DNA from: a virus
Lineage: Duplodnaviria; Caudoviricetes
Virus record (IMG/VR): IMGVR_UViG_3300046678_000067
Span: 1-64,000 of that record
Strand: one strand, 5' to 3'
DNA length: 64,000 bases
Part shown: in pieces, positions 18,583 through 29,255 of the stretch
Layout: every line of letters starts with the position of its first letter
How positions within the stretch are numbered: position 1 is the first letter of the stretch
Program-made: the position numbers and the translations under genes
The notes under the pieces: generated by a model
What the model saw: only the letters and a program-made list of their open reading frames with translations
Database searches by the model: none
What the model was told of the DNA's origin: nothing

Positions 18583-19535
18583 TTGAATTGCACCTGCATC
18601 ATGAGTTCGGTACACAGCGCCAAGAAGTGGAGATACTTACTCGGAACCACTTGGTCATACTTTTGATAATCGCCCAGAACCAGAACTGCTTGCGGGATCG
18701 ACTGATCGCTCAAAGCTGGTTCCAGAATCTTAAACAGACGCTCATAAAAGTCGTCTTGCATCCGATCCACGTTGTTGATGACGTAGTTCTGAACTTCCTT
18801 GTACTTCTTGGCCTTCATCGCATCAACTAGCGCTTCGGGACTAGCCGCAGAAGCCTTAGCAAGCGAACCCGGACCAATCTCACCGCCTTGCGATTCCATT
18901 TGAAGGAAAGTAAGCAATCCGCGATTATCCGGGAAGTACGCTTTGACGATGCCGGCAACCGATGCCTTGTCATACGGCGTATTTGTTTCTTCCAGAATAC
19001 CGAATACGCGCTTCAGCATCTGCATCATCATCTTGTTCGAATCCACTTGAGTGAATCGGAATTCGATGTTCGTCAAACGCGACTGCAGCGGATCAATGAT
19101 CTTGCTCTTCGTGTTCGCAGTCAGGATGAAACGACAATGCTTATGGGTTTCTTCGATAATCCCTTTCAGCGCGTCCATTGCTGCAGCCGAGAGACGATCA
19201 GCCTCATCGAAAATAACAACCTTATGGTTTGCTTTCTCGTCACCAAACATCGAGATTGCGGTTGTCGTTGCATACTGCATGACCAATACGCGAATATCGT
19301 CAATGCTGTTGTTCAGGGAAGCGTTCAGAAAAAGCGGTTTGATACCAAGCTCGTTACACAGCGCTTTCGCCGTTGTAGTCTTACCCGTACCAGGAGACGT
19401 AGAAGTCAGAAGCAGATTCGGCAGTTGGCCTTCGCTAATGAACTTACGGAATTGAATCTTGACCGACTCGGGGATGATAACGTCGTCAAGGGTTGCTGGG
19501 CGGAATTTTTCGGCCCAAAGATAAACTTCACTCAT
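18579..19535 (-). CDS. 44: Clamp loader large subunit gp44
   Basis: LWAEKFRP, SPGTGKTT, DEAD, LQSR. Confidence 0.95.
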   Translation of the reverse strand: MSEVYLWAEKFRPATLDDVIIPESVKIQFRKFISEGQLPNLLLTSTSPGTGKTTTAKALCNELGIKPLFLNASLNNSIDDIRVLVMQYATTTAISMFGDEKANHKVVIFDEADRLSAAAMDALKGIIEETHKHCRFILTANTKSKIIDPLQSRLTNIEFRFTQVDSNKMMMQMLKRVFGILEETNTPYDKASVAGIVKAYFPDNRGLLTFLQMESQGGEIGPGSLAKASAASPEALVDAMKAKKYKEVQNYVINNVDRMQDDFYERLFKILEPALSDQSIPQAVLVLGDYQKYDQVVPSKYLHFLALCTELMMQVQFK

Positions 19536-19587
19536 TCTATATTTTCGTTCAGATGTTATGGGGCGGGGATTTCTCCCCGCGTTTCAA

Positions 19588-20271
19588 TTACAGCTCAAGA
19601 CCAATAAAGGTATTGATCTTGCGGGTCAGATGCGACCACTTGGAGATACCGCGACCGCCCATCTTCAGCAGTTGGACGTTGAAGTCGCCGGACACCAACT
19701 TCAGATTTTCGAGCTTCACGCTTGCTTCGAAGTCATCCGAGTCTTGCTCACCCAGATCCACAACGTAGTCGTTCGACGTATCCAGTTCCGGCGTCGTTGC
19801 GATCAGGAACAATTCCTTGTTCTTCACAACGAACTTCATGAACTTGTGACCCAGAGCCGCAGCCGCCTTTTCGAAGGCTTCCAGCGTATCCTTCTGGAGA
19901 TTGACATCAACGTCAACCTTCGGCAGAACGATCGACTTGCCCGGATGCTTCGCAAAGTCTTCAGGGGTGTAGTAATACTTGATCTTGCTCGAACCAGCCT
20001 TGATGATCATGTGCGTATCGACGTCATCTTCAAAGACCAGTTCTGCATCCTTGAACGATGGCAGCGCCAGAACGCCAAGCAGCTTCGGCAATTCATATAC
20101 CGCAAAGTCAGTCGGGAAAGATTCGGTGATCGTCGCTTCCATCACAATCGAACCAGTAGCCGAAACCGTCTTGATTTCGTTACCCGTTTTGAACGCGAGG
20201 GATTTGTTAATCGAGGATGCAATCTTCAGCACTTGCAGAGTTTCAGCAGACAGCTTAACAACTTTAGACAT
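19588..20271 (-). CDS. 45: Sliding clamp gp45
   Basis: KLSAETLQVLK...SINKSL...FAVYEL; synteny. Confidence 0.9.
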   Translation of the reverse strand: MSKVVKLSAETLQVLKIASSINKSLAFKTGNEIKTVSATGSIVMEATITESFPTDFAVYELPKLLGVLALPSFKDAELVFEDDVDTHMIIKAGSSKIKYYYTPEDFAKHPGKSIVLPKVDVDVNLQKDTLEAFEKAAAALGHKFMKFVVKNKELFLIATTPELDTSNDYVVDLGEQDSDDFEASVKLENLKLVSGDFNVQLLKMGGRGISKWSHLTRKINTFIGLEL

Positions 20272-20285
20272 TTAAACAATTTCCT

Positions 20286-20504
20286 TTAAAGGTTACGGAA
20301 TTCTTCCACCAACTTACTAACTTCAGCCGGTTGAGTACCCGGCTCCATATGGAGCACGGCCTCACCAACATTCTCTTTTTCCTTATACCGACGCAGCTGA
20401 AGAAACAAACCTTCATCATCTTTCATCGGCGTAATGGAGACAAACTTTCGAACAACCGCTTTCTGCGGGACTTGACGCTTCGGACGCATCGTGTAATCAG
20501 GCAT
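20286..20504 (-). CDS. Hypothetical protein
   Basis: ORF after promoter TAGACG-17-TATAAT (20541-20569). Confidence 0.6.
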   Translation of the reverse strand: MPDYTMRPKRQVPQKAVVRKFVSITPMKDDEGLFLQLRRYKEKENVGEAVLHMEPGTQPAEVSKLVEEFRNL

Positions 20505-20574
20505 TTCAGTTTCCGGTTAGGTACTACACATAGTAAGAATATTATACGCTTACTATGTGCTTTCGTCTATGCTT

Positions 20575-21924
20575 TTAATCCAGTTTCAGAGCCTTAACCT
20601 CTGACGACATCATCTTCTTGTTAGTTGTGCCTTCCAGAGTCTTGACCTTGGCTTCTGCCTTCTCCAGTTCCTTCATAAGCGTTTCCACTTCTTCAAGACC
20701 CAGATTGCTAATTCTAATACTAAGAAGTCGATCAATATAATCTTCATTCTTCGTTACCGACAACCGGATACAATCCTTCATGGCCTCTTTCTTCAGAGTG
20801 ACCATCGAGGACGATTCTTTGTTCCACCAGCGGATGAAGTTAGCCTTGGTCACCAACCAATCCAAATCCGCCTTCAGACGCACAATCTGATTGCGCCGTC
20901 GCATTTCGTAATACTCCAAGCGGAGTTGGACCCATTCTTGGATCAACATCTCAACGCTAGAGAAACGCTTCAGCTTTCCGTTCGGCAACCAAACCGTGAG
21001 ATTCTCCGTCTGGCGCTCGATCAGTTTGAGCTTCAACAACAATTCATCGTCGGTCAACTGCATCGTACTACGCGGGACGTCCAGAACAAACTTCCATTCG
21101 TCCTCAGTCGATTCGTTATCATAGTCCTTGATCATCGGAGGCAAGTCCTTATTCGGACCTGTCTTGTCGACAACCAGAGCATTCAGAATCGCCTTATAAT
21201 CAGCAAGCTGACGATTCGGGGTCAACTCGTGAATGATGATCTTATTTGCGCCGACTCGTTCAATCTGACCCTCAAACGTTACTTGGCCGCTGGCATGATC
21301 CTTGGAGATTGCACCATAGTAGCCGTTAAGATACGGTGTAAGCGGAGTCTGCACTACACCGGTCTTTAGAACCTCTTCTACAGCCGTTTTAACGTCCTTA
21401 GCATCGTACTGCAGGACCGTAGAGGCGTAGCCATTACCCGTACCATCCGAGCCGTTTATAAGCAGCATAGGCAGCTTTGGGAGATAGAATAAGGGTTCGA
21501 TCTTATCTCCTTGATCAAACTGATTTTCCAGAATGAAGTTGTCTTCGGGATCGAACATCGTCTTGAAGGTATCGCCCAGCTTTGTCGAAATATAACGCTC
21601 CGACGAAGCCTTGTGATTCAGGCGGGTGCCGAACTGACCTTCCTTATCGAACAACGGCATATTGTTAGAACCCGGAAAATCCTGATTCATATTAATCAAT
21701 ACGCCAATCATCGAAGTTGCACCGTGCTTATACTTCGTTACTTCAGCCGCTCGCATCCCGGCCTTATCACAAACGATAGTACCGTGACCGATATGCTCGA
21801 CAAACGCGTGGAGCGCCTTACGCTGCGTCGTCTTCAAGCCGTCCATGATATGAGGCAAGCTACGATCATTATCATAGTTTGCATACTCACGGAACTGGCT
21901 ATCAATAAAATCTGCAATCTTCAT
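20575..21924 (-). CDS. 52: DNA topoisomerase II medium subunit gp52
   Basis: RSLPHIMDGLKTTQRK, YKHG, GQFG, ERY catalytic Tyr. Confidence 0.95.
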   Translation of the reverse strand: MKIADFIDSQFREYANYDNDRSLPHIMDGLKTTQRKALHAFVEHIGHGTIVCDKAGMRAAEVTKYKHGATSMIGVLINMNQDFPGSNNMPLFDKEGQFGTRLNHKASSERYISTKLGDTFKTMFDPEDNFILENQFDQGDKIEPLFYLPKLPMLLINGSDGTGNGYASTVLQYDAKDVKTAVEEVLKTGVVQTPLTPYLNGYYGAISKDHASGQVTFEGQIERVGANKIIIHELTPNRQLADYKAILNALVVDKTGPNKDLPPMIKDYDNESTEDEWKFVLDVPRSTMQLTDDELLLKLKLIERQTENLTVWLPNGKLKRFSSVEMLIQEWVQLRLEYYEMRRRNQIVRLKADLDWLVTKANFIRWWNKESSSMVTLKKEAMKDCIRLSVTKNEDYIDRLLSIRISNLGLEEVETLMKELEKAEAKVKTLEGTTNKKMMSSEVKALKLD

Positions 21925-22133
21925 TTTTGATCTTCCGTCCACCTCTTGCCACAATCGAAGCAAGAACATTCATACCAATAACTATCCTGACCTCTATCCC
22001 AATTGCCAGTATCTGCTTTCGGCAACTTCATCACATCGGGATGAGGACAGGATTCTTGCAGAGAAGACAGTTGATTCTTAACCAACTTGAGCTGCTCTTC
22101 TATAGCAATCCTTCTCGTAGCAATGATATTCAT
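21921..22133 (-). CDS. Small Zn-finger-like protein
   Basis: CPH...CFDCGKRW. Confidence 0.55.
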   Translation of the reverse strand: MNIIATRRIAIEEQLKLVKNQLSSLQESCPHPDVMKLPKADTGNWDRGQDSYWYECSCFDCGKRWTEDQK

Positions 22134-22135
22134 TA

Positions 22136-23986
22136 TTATTCCAGGTTCAGCCAAACTTTCTTGTCATCGGGATCACCGAACGCCATCGTCAGCAAACGGA
22201 TATCTTCTTCATCCTCCAACGTAATCGGAACAAGGTACTGTTCGTCAAACATATACTTCTTGAAGTCTTCAGTCGAGTTACCACCCAGACCCTTAAGGAA
22301 TTTGACTTCCATCTTGCCGGTCTGCTTCTCGCTCCAAGTCTGATATTCTTCTTCACTGAAGAACTCATATTTGGTCTTACCCATCTTCACACGCACGATA
22401 GGCGTCCTCAGATAGTATATCCTATTTTCGCGCAGAAGTTCGGGCCATTTATGATAAAAGTTATTCACCGCCAGAGCGCGAATGTGCATACCATCCATAT
22501 CCGCATCGGTGGCAAGAACAATCTTACCATACCGCAAACCTTCGGCTTTCTCGTTGAACTCTAGACCCACTGCGGCCATCAGGTTCTTGATCTCTACGTT
22601 TGCCTTGATAGCGTCGATCTTAGCGTTGCCCATATTCAGCGGCTTACCGCGTAGGGCGAACACGCCGTGCTTCTTCGGGTCACGAGCGGAGATCAGCGGA
22701 TTCGCTGCCGAGTCTCCCTCGCAAACGAACAAGATACATTCCTCACGATTCGTCTTTTGCGACGCGGGTTCGTACTTGTCGATTGTCTTAGGCGAAGTCT
22801 TAGCTGCATCCTTGCTCAGCTTCTTCAGGTCAGCCATATCCTGGAGCTTCTTGCGATTAATCGCCCACTCCACAATCTCCTGAACAATCGGAGACTTAAT
22901 CAGCTTCTTGAAGAACGCCTCATCGAAACGGAAAGTTGTGCCATAATCCTTTATCTGCAGGTTCATGTGCTCTTTCGTCTGCGACGAAAACTTCGGATTG
23001 TAGACGGTACAATCTACCATCAGCAAGAAGTGATTCTTGATATCCGCAGGCTTTACGTCCTGTTTCGTTTTCTTCTTGATATGCTCCCGAACGCCTTCTA
23101 CCAGCTGATCCGCGAGGTAATCGACGTGAGTACCGCCCAACCAAGTATGAGTCGCGTTACAGAAACTGATATGCTTGAACCCGTCATTACCCGAACCCAG
23201 GATACCAATTCGCCAATGCGAATTCTCGGTATACAGACCGTCGCCAAACTTACCGACAAACTTCTGGAATCCCTTTACGTCAACCTTCTTACCGTTCAGG
23301 GTAACATCGACGTTAGGAAGACAAGCCGCAATCTCATAGACGCGCGTTACAATCATTCCGTAGTTGTCGACGTCCATCGTGCATTGCAGTCGGGCGTAAT
23401 CCGGGATGAAAGAGATTTTCGTGCCCTTGATCTTACCAGGCTTGATCTCGGGGTCCGTCTCCTCACGGCGGTTGTTCTCATACGTCTTATCGTACTTGTT
23501 CTTACCGTCACAAGTCTCAACTTGAAAGTAGCTTGAGAAGATGTTCGTCAGTTTCGAACCCAGACCGTTACGGCCACCGCCTTCACGCTTGTCGGCGTCG
23601 TTGTAGTTCGTACTCGAACGCAACATACCGAAGATGATACAAGGAATGTACTTGTCGTACACCGGATGCTTCTCAACCGGAATCCCTGCATTATCCCCTA
23701 CCGTGATCAAACCTGTAATCGGATTAACCGTTACGTCAATCTTCGTCAGGTTCTTACCTTCGGGACGCTTGTGATGATCGTAGCAGTTCTGGAGAACCTC
23801 ATCGAAAATCTTCAGAAGCGCCGGACTATAATTGATCTCACGGAATTCCGGTTCAGCCCCGTTATCATTGAAGATGTAAGATTTTACAACCTTACTATCA
23901 ATTGCGCCTACGAATGTATCCGGTCGCAATAAAATCATATCCAGTTCATCCAGAACCACATATTGACTTAAATCTGTATTACTCAT
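22136..23986 (-). CDS. 39: DNA topoisomerase II large subunit (gp39+gp60 in one ORF)
   Basis: ILLRPDTF, GGRNGLG, EGDSA, LRGK, DADMDG, KGLG. Confidence 0.95.
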   Translation of the reverse strand: MSNTDLSQYVVLDELDMILLRPDTFVGAIDSKVVKSYIFNDNGAEPEFREINYSPALLKIFDEVLQNCYDHHKRPEGKNLTKIDVTVNPITGLITVGDNAGIPVEKHPVYDKYIPCIIFGMLRSSTNYNDADKREGGGRNGLGSKLTNIFSSYFQVETCDGKNKYDKTYENNRREETDPEIKPGKIKGTKISFIPDYARLQCTMDVDNYGMIVTRVYEIAACLPNVDVTLNGKKVDVKGFQKFVGKFGDGLYTENSHWRIGILGSGNDGFKHISFCNATHTWLGGTHVDYLADQLVEGVREHIKKKTKQDVKPADIKNHFLLMVDCTVYNPKFSSQTKEHMNLQIKDYGTTFRFDEAFFKKLIKSPIVQEIVEWAINRKKLQDMADLKKLSKDAAKTSPKTIDKYEPASQKTNREECILFVCEGDSAANPLISARDPKKHGVFALRGKPLNMGNAKIDAIKANVEIKNLMAAVGLEFNEKAEGLRYGKIVLATDADMDGMHIRALAVNNFYHKWPELLRENRIYYLRTPIVRVKMGKTKYEFFSEEEYQTWSEKQTGKMEVKFLKGLGGNSTEDFKKYMFDEQYLVPITLEDEEDIRLLTMAFGDPDDKKVWLNLE

Positions 23987-24549
23987 CTATATTTTCCAGT
24001 CCATTTCTTATAATGCTTCAACTTACCTGAGCAAACACAATACATCTGCTCTGGATCTAGATTGTGTTGGATTGAGAATTCCTTAAGATTTCTTCCCTCA
24101 TATATTATACCCGATGGCGATATTACCGTAAAGTCTTTACTCATACGGTCAGCACTTTTCGCTCTATGGATAGAATTAGATTTGGTCATCAAGCGCTGTT
24201 TCTCTGCACCTGAAGCGGTTCCGCCATTCAAACCTTTCTCAGAGAGATTTTGTCTTTGCGTTATGAATCTACAATTACCTAATTCATACGGTCCTATATC
24301 TCCAACTCTACCAAGACAAAACGAATCAATAGATTGTCCTATCTGGCTAGGAGATTTAAGACCCGCTTGAATTGCCAATCCAACATAATCCTCAAAAGTT
24401 AAATGGAAGGGAATTCCATATCCCTTCGCATCGCCCTTGCGGTTGTTATATTTCTGCAACCATTTATCAAAATCGGCTTCAGGTAGACCATTATCAACCA
24501 AAAACTGAATTCTAACTATGGATGACTTTCTTCTACCTGCGCCTTGCAA
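23983..24549 (-). mobile_element. Freestanding HNH-type homing endonuclease with NUMOD-like C-terminus
   Basis: CLGRVGDIGPYELGNCRFIT..N; C-terminal VISPSG..Y...NLKEF; more AT-rich than flanks. Confidence 0.7.
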
Positions 24550-24560
24550 AATACAACTCC

Positions 24561-24860
24561 TTATGTGTTACTATACAGCCGTTCCCATTTCTCTAGCTTA
24601 CGACAGATTATACCGTCTAAAGCCTCTTCAGTAATACTATCGTTATACATATATATGATATCAACCATACACAAGATAACGTCGATTGCTTCGCCGGTCA
24701 CGCCATCTAGTCCTTCGGGCAAGTAGTTCAGATAACTATCAACTTCTTCTCTGAGCTCATGCATTTCACCGGAGGCGTGTCCAAAGATAGAATTTAGGTC
24801 ACGGCTATTTTTAATGCGACGGCAGACTTCAAGAATCTTACCGATGGACGACTTATTCAT
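24561..24860 (-). CDS. MazG-like NTP pyrophosphohydrolase
   Basis: GEMHELREEV...EAIDVILCMVD...KLEKW. Confidence 0.65.
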   Translation of the reverse strand: MNKSSIGKILEVCRRIKNSRDLNSIFGHASGEMHELREEVDSYLNYLPEGLDGVTGEAIDVILCMVDIIYMYNDSITEEALDGIICRKLEKWERLYSNT

Positions 24861-25075
24861 CATAGCGTAACGGTGATGTGTTTAACCGCTTTGACTGTGA
24901 TATGCGGACCAAAATACATCCGTTTGGCTTTATTGAGACTAACCGCATTCTTCTCACCGCCGTTGTCATACTTGACATAAATATCGCCTTCGTGCTCGAA
25001 GGCTTCGCCAAATTCTAGCTGACAGAAACCGACATCATCGGCTTCCTTAATTTCAACTTTCATTCTAGACATCAA
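24860..25075 (-). CDS. Hypothetical protein
   Basis: ORF with GGAG SD. Confidence 0.55.
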   Translation of the reverse strand: MMSRMKVEIKEADDVGFCQLEFGEAFEHEGDIYVKYDNGGEKNAVSLNKAKRMYFGPHITVKAVKHITVTL

Positions 25076-25084
25076 TTTCTCCAG

Positions 25085-25621
25085 TTACACCGACTTCCAA
25101 TCATATACATGCTGACGCATATCACGGATTTGCGTATATTCTTCAGCGTTCATTTCGTAGCTCTCGTGACGATAGACATCACGGCTGCAAGATGATTGAT
25201 ACATACCCAGACATTCAAACAGATAACGGTCTTGGCCTTCCCAGCCGGCAGTATACAGACGTTGCAGCCAACCGCGATGCTCATCTTCGGTACGGACAAT
25301 CTCACGACCCAGAGCAAGATGATGCAGCGTGTAGAGGCCAGACATGAAGTCGGAATGGTCCGCCGAATTCAAGGTGTTGAACACGATCCCCGCAGGCTTG
25401 TAGTACACGAAGTTGTCGATGTCACCCTCGTCCATCTTAGCCTTGAGCTGATTGAACGGGATGATTTCATTGAACGAAGCATAACCAGAGTACCACTTGT
25501 CGAACATGCTGATATCGCGGCCGTCATTCAGACCGTGCACGAGTTGTTCCAGTTCCGCCGACATCGGGAACATATTCTTGAGAGTTTCGCGGGTGTTCGT
25601 AACCAGATCCAACGTTTCCAT
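25085..25621 (-). CDS. Hypothetical protein
   Basis: ORF after promoter-like motif at 25664-25692. Confidence 0.65.
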   Translation of the reverse strand: METLDLVTNTRETLKNMFPMSAELEQLVHGLNDGRDISMFDKWYSGYASFNEIIPFNQLKAKMDEGDIDNFVYYKPAGIVFNTLNSADHSDFMSGLYTLHHLALGREIVRTEDEHRGWLQRLYTAGWEGQDRYLFECLGMYQSSCSRDVYRHESYEMNAEEYTQIRDMRQHVYDWKSV

Positions 25622-25720
25622 TCTCTATTTCCTTCTTTTACATTAGGGAGTTAAGGTAGAAGAATTATAGTATGTAATGCGTAAATGCGAAAGCCCCGTT
25701 CTATGACGGGGCTATGATTA

Positions 25721-28462
25721 TCAGCTAAACCAGTCCATTACGCTTGCTTGACGGGTTGAGCTCCAGTTAATAGATTTCAACAAGTTATCCAACAGCGACG
25801 TGAAAGACCGTTCGAAGTTAGACTCATAGTTGATATACTTCTCAAGTTTGAATTCAGGAGGCAGCTTACCTTGGAATGCAATACACTCGCACCCATAAGG
25901 ATTAGGTTGTCTCAATTCAACAAACTTAATCTTATCCCCAGACTGAATCTTGGCAATACCAGGAATCTTGTTCTTCTGGATGATATAGTTATGATACAAA
26001 GCCGCCTTAACGTGTTTCGGTGCTCCTTTCGTATAGATGTTATTCGGATCAAAATACTTCTCCAATCCATTCACACCTGACGGAGTCGCAACCCGTTCTA
26101 CCGGCAATGCCATAAACTCTTTCTTCTTCTCCAGACAGAAGTCTTGAAGTTCTGATTCAGTTCCTTGAAGAGCAATCTTATACGCTTCCAACATCCAGTT
26201 TCGGCAATGCTTCGGAGACGACGCCTTAACTGCATCTAGACCAACTGTCTTATGATACAGATCAGGAAAGTAACGAACGCCTTCAGAGTCCGCCACCAGC
26301 ATTGTATAACGCTTCTTAGCCGACCAGATTGCCGACGTCGCAATAACTTCTCGCTTCATAAACATACGTTGGTCGTCTGCATTCACATACTCAGCAAGTT
26401 CCTGATAGCAACTGTCGATGTAAGGTTCGATCTTTTCCGCAAACAGCTTATCCAGGAAGTTGACAATCTTCTCAACTTCAGTCTTTTGCTGTTCCTCAGT
26501 AAAGAGTTTATCAACCAGCTTAGACATATCCAGATAGCAAGAGTCGGTATCCTGATAGATCGCAAAGTTGGTCCCACTTACGACTTCCAGCGTTGTGGCT
26601 GCCGGACGGTTAGTGTGGTGAATCTTATGCTCAACTTCACCCAACTTCAGAACCTTATTCATATACTCATCTAGCTTGCGCGCGATCCAGAGAATCGACA
26701 GCTTACCAGACAACGTAATACCTTCAGCAACCCGAATATCGAAGAACTCACGGAACCACTTATTGCCAATCGCACCGAACAGCGAGTTCATCAGAATCTT
26801 CAACGAGTGCTGATGAACGTCATACGTTGAGATTTTGATCGCCAGTTCTTCCAGAACCATCATTTCTTCAGGAGTCGGATCACGATCACCAATCTTAGCG
26901 TTCAGATTCACTTCCTCTTGTTCGAAGGCAAGCATCTGCTTCTTGACCTTCTTACGAGTATCATAAATCTCTCGCGTCTTTTCGTTGAAGATCGATCTCT
27001 TGCCTCTACGGAAGAATGCACGATTCGCCGTCATACACAAGTTATACTTCTTCAACGCCGACAGATCGACTCGCTTATTGACCAGATCATCCAGAGTGAA
27101 GTTAGGAATGTTCCGAATCTCAAGCGGTAAGTCTTCAGGCTCAACGATAGTTTCAGCCCCAAGGTTATACTGTTGAATCAAGTGAGGATACAGACTGTTC
27201 AAGTCGCAAGATACGACCCACTTAAATCGACCACCCTTGATTTCTCGAACAAACCCACCACCAAACGATACGTCCCCTTCATAGACTGATTTGATCTTAG
27301 GGCGCTGACCTCGATTCACCAACATCGAATACGTCAACGACGACCAAGGACGCACTGTACCAAGCGTATCCTGATAGTTCGCCTTACACAGATACGCAAG
27401 AATGTACGTCAGCTCAAAGAATCGTTTCTTCGCGTTCATCTGTACGATCAAGTCAACGTCGATAACGTTGTACTCTACGGCCTTCTGATAGTTCCGAATA
27501 TACAAAGTATTCAGATTACCTTCATCCGCGTAATCAACCTTACCTTCACCCAGAATCAAACGAGCAACCGTATCAAGCTTGGTGTCATCAGGATTCATAT
27601 AAGCGTGCTTTTCGAACAACTGCTTATAGTCCAGCATTTGAGTGCCGAAATATTCATAAACCGTTTGTTCTTCGCCCCAACCAGTCTTGATCGAGTTACG
27701 GTTCACCATATTCCACGGACTGAGTTTCTTCTTTTGTCCTTCTCCGCAAACTTTCTCAATACGGTTCGTCAGATACGGATTATCGAAGCCCTCAATATAC
27801 CAACCACTCCAGAAGTTGAAAGCCTTCTGTTGCCAGAGACCTACGAAGTCGTTCAACATATCAAACTCTTCACGGAATCCGCGATACTCTACATCTAACT
27901 TTGCTACACGAGGATGATCAGGATTGCGTTCGTAAGTCCCGATGAACTGACCCTTGAAATACTCTAAACCCCAAACATAATACTTCTTCTCAACAGTATG
28001 ATACAAAGTGATCAGGTTGATCGGGTGGGCTGCTTCTTCTGGCTTAGGAAACGGACCATCGATGGGCGCAACCGTACCGTCAGGAAGAACCTCAATATCT
28101 CCAGAGAACGTTTCAATGTCAACGATGGCCCCCTTAATCTTTGCACCGTCATACTTGATCTCTCCCGGATAGAGTTTAGATACAAACTGGTTCATGATAC
28201 TTTCTGTACCATAAACGGCAAAGCCATCGACATCTTTGTAAGATTCGATGAAGCTTCTCATTTCCTTACTATCGGAGAATTGAACCGCCTCTAGTGGCTC
28301 ATCATGCATCGACATTGCGTCGGCTTTGGCGGCATCATTTGTTCGGATATACAACTCAGGCGCGAATTCGATAATCTCACTCTTGTGCTTATCGTCTTCA
28401 TAATATCGCAGGAAAATCTTACTACCACGTACATCAATATTCGTGTAAAAATTATCGCTCAT
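25721..28462 (-). CDS. 43: Family B DNA polymerase gp43
   Basis: DIET exonuclease, DLNSLYP, KILMNSLFG, YQDTDS, KKRY. Confidence 0.97.
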   Translation of the reverse strand: MSDNFYTNIDVRGSKIFLRYYEDDKHKSEIIEFAPELYIRTNDAAKADAMSMHDEPLEAVQFSDSKEMRSFIESYKDVDGFAVYGTESIMNQFVSKLYPGEIKYDGAKIKGAIVDIETFSGDIEVLPDGTVAPIDGPFPKPEEAAHPINLITLYHTVEKKYYVWGLEYFKGQFIGTYERNPDHPRVAKLDVEYRGFREEFDMLNDFVGLWQQKAFNFWSGWYIEGFDNPYLTNRIEKVCGEGQKKKLSPWNMVNRNSIKTGWGEEQTVYEYFGTQMLDYKQLFEKHAYMNPDDTKLDTVARLILGEGKVDYADEGNLNTLYIRNYQKAVEYNVIDVDLIVQMNAKKRFFELTYILAYLCKANYQDTLGTVRPWSSLTYSMLVNRGQRPKIKSVYEGDVSFGGGFVREIKGGRFKWVVSCDLNSLYPHLIQQYNLGAETIVEPEDLPLEIRNIPNFTLDDLVNKRVDLSALKKYNLCMTANRAFFRRGKRSIFNEKTREIYDTRKKVKKQMLAFEQEEVNLNAKIGDRDPTPEEMMVLEELAIKISTYDVHQHSLKILMNSLFGAIGNKWFREFFDIRVAEGITLSGKLSILWIARKLDEYMNKVLKLGEVEHKIHHTNRPAATTLEVVSGTNFAIYQDTDSCYLDMSKLVDKLFTEEQQKTEVEKIVNFLDKLFAEKIEPYIDSCYQELAEYVNADDQRMFMKREVIATSAIWSAKKRYTMLVADSEGVRYFPDLYHKTVGLDAVKASSPKHCRNWMLEAYKIALQGTESELQDFCLEKKKEFMALPVERVATPSGVNGLEKYFDPNNIYTKGAPKHVKAALYHNYIIQKNKIPGIAKIQSGDKIKFVELRQPNPYGCECIAFQGKLPPEFKLEKYINYESNFERSFTSLLDNLLKSINWSSTRQASVMDWFS

Positions 28463-28506
28463 ACTTCTCCATTTTGACTACATTAACTCCTACAGGGTTC
28501 CCCTAT

Positions 28507-28535
28507 ATTATAGCGCGCATAGTATGGAAAGTAAA
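28507..28535 (-). promoter_or_regulatory. Promoter of gene 43, TTTACT-17-TATAAT
   Basis: Motif match with CATACTATG in spacer. Confidence 0.75.
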
Positions 28536-28568
28536 GAAAATGCCCCCGGATTTCTCTGGGGGCATATG

Positions 28569-28907
28569 TTAGATCATTTGATCATTCTGGTATTGTTGGA
28601 GGCGTAGAAAACGACTCACTGTACATTCAAATTCGTCAGCAACAACGATTTCTTCGCCGGTCTTGGGATCCACTTTGCCCTTAGCTCCATCCGCATAGAC
28701 GGTTCCAAGAGGAATCTCACCGACAGTATCTGCTAGTGCATTATCGGTTTCAGTAGAGTTGGAAACATCTTCAGCAACAGGCTTCTTGCGCTTCTGAACC
28801 GCTCCCATCGGAGGCGTTACTAAAGCAACGTTGCCTGAGCTTACGTTGTTAGTAGAAACAGCTTCGCCATCCTCAACTAGCTTAAGGTAGTCAGAAATGG
28901 TTTTCAT
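28569..28907 (-). CDS. Hypothetical protein
   Basis: ORF coupled to upstream gene; terminator at 28541-28565. Confidence 0.65.
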   Translation of the reverse strand: MKTISDYLKLVEDGEAVSTNNVSSGNVALVTPPMGAVQKRKKPVAEDVSNSTETDNALADTVGEIPLGTVYADGAKGKVDPKTGEEIVVADEFECTVSRFLRLQQYQNDQMI

Positions 28908-29254
28908 TATTGAGCATCCTGTTCGGTAGCATCTGGGGTATCGGTTGCGGCGGCATCAGCAGCGACCTTCTTTGGGCGACCAGCCTTCTTGACAGGCGCT
29001 GCAGCTTCTTCCGCAGGAGCGTCTTCAGCAACTACTTCAACCGGTGCAGCAGCCGCATCTTGATCGGCAGAAACATCGCCAAGCAATTCATCTAGAGCGA
29101 TGAAAGATACTAGCAACTCTAGAGTGCCGTTAGGACGTGATTGTGCCCACCCTAGTGAGGTGGCAACTACATTATTACCCCTAGGCTTAAGCGATAGTGC
29201 GCGGGCCTGTAGGGCAGCTTTATCCGCTGCGTCTAGTGGAGTGAAACGTGACAT
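28907..29254 (-). CDS. Hypothetical protein (Ala/acidic tail)
   Basis: ORF with AAGGA SD. Confidence 0.65.
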   Translation of the reverse strand: MSRFTPLDAADKAALQARALSLKPRGNNVVATSLGWAQSRPNGTLELLVSFIALDELLGDVSADQDAAAAPVEVVAEDAPAEEAAAPVKKAGRPKKVAADAAATDTPDATEQDAQ

Positions 29255-29255
29255 A

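Noticed and set aside
25721-28462. Intein/intron in polymerase (also checked nrdA, uvsW, topoisomerase)
   Set aside because: Lengths are typical and no splice-junction motifs seen
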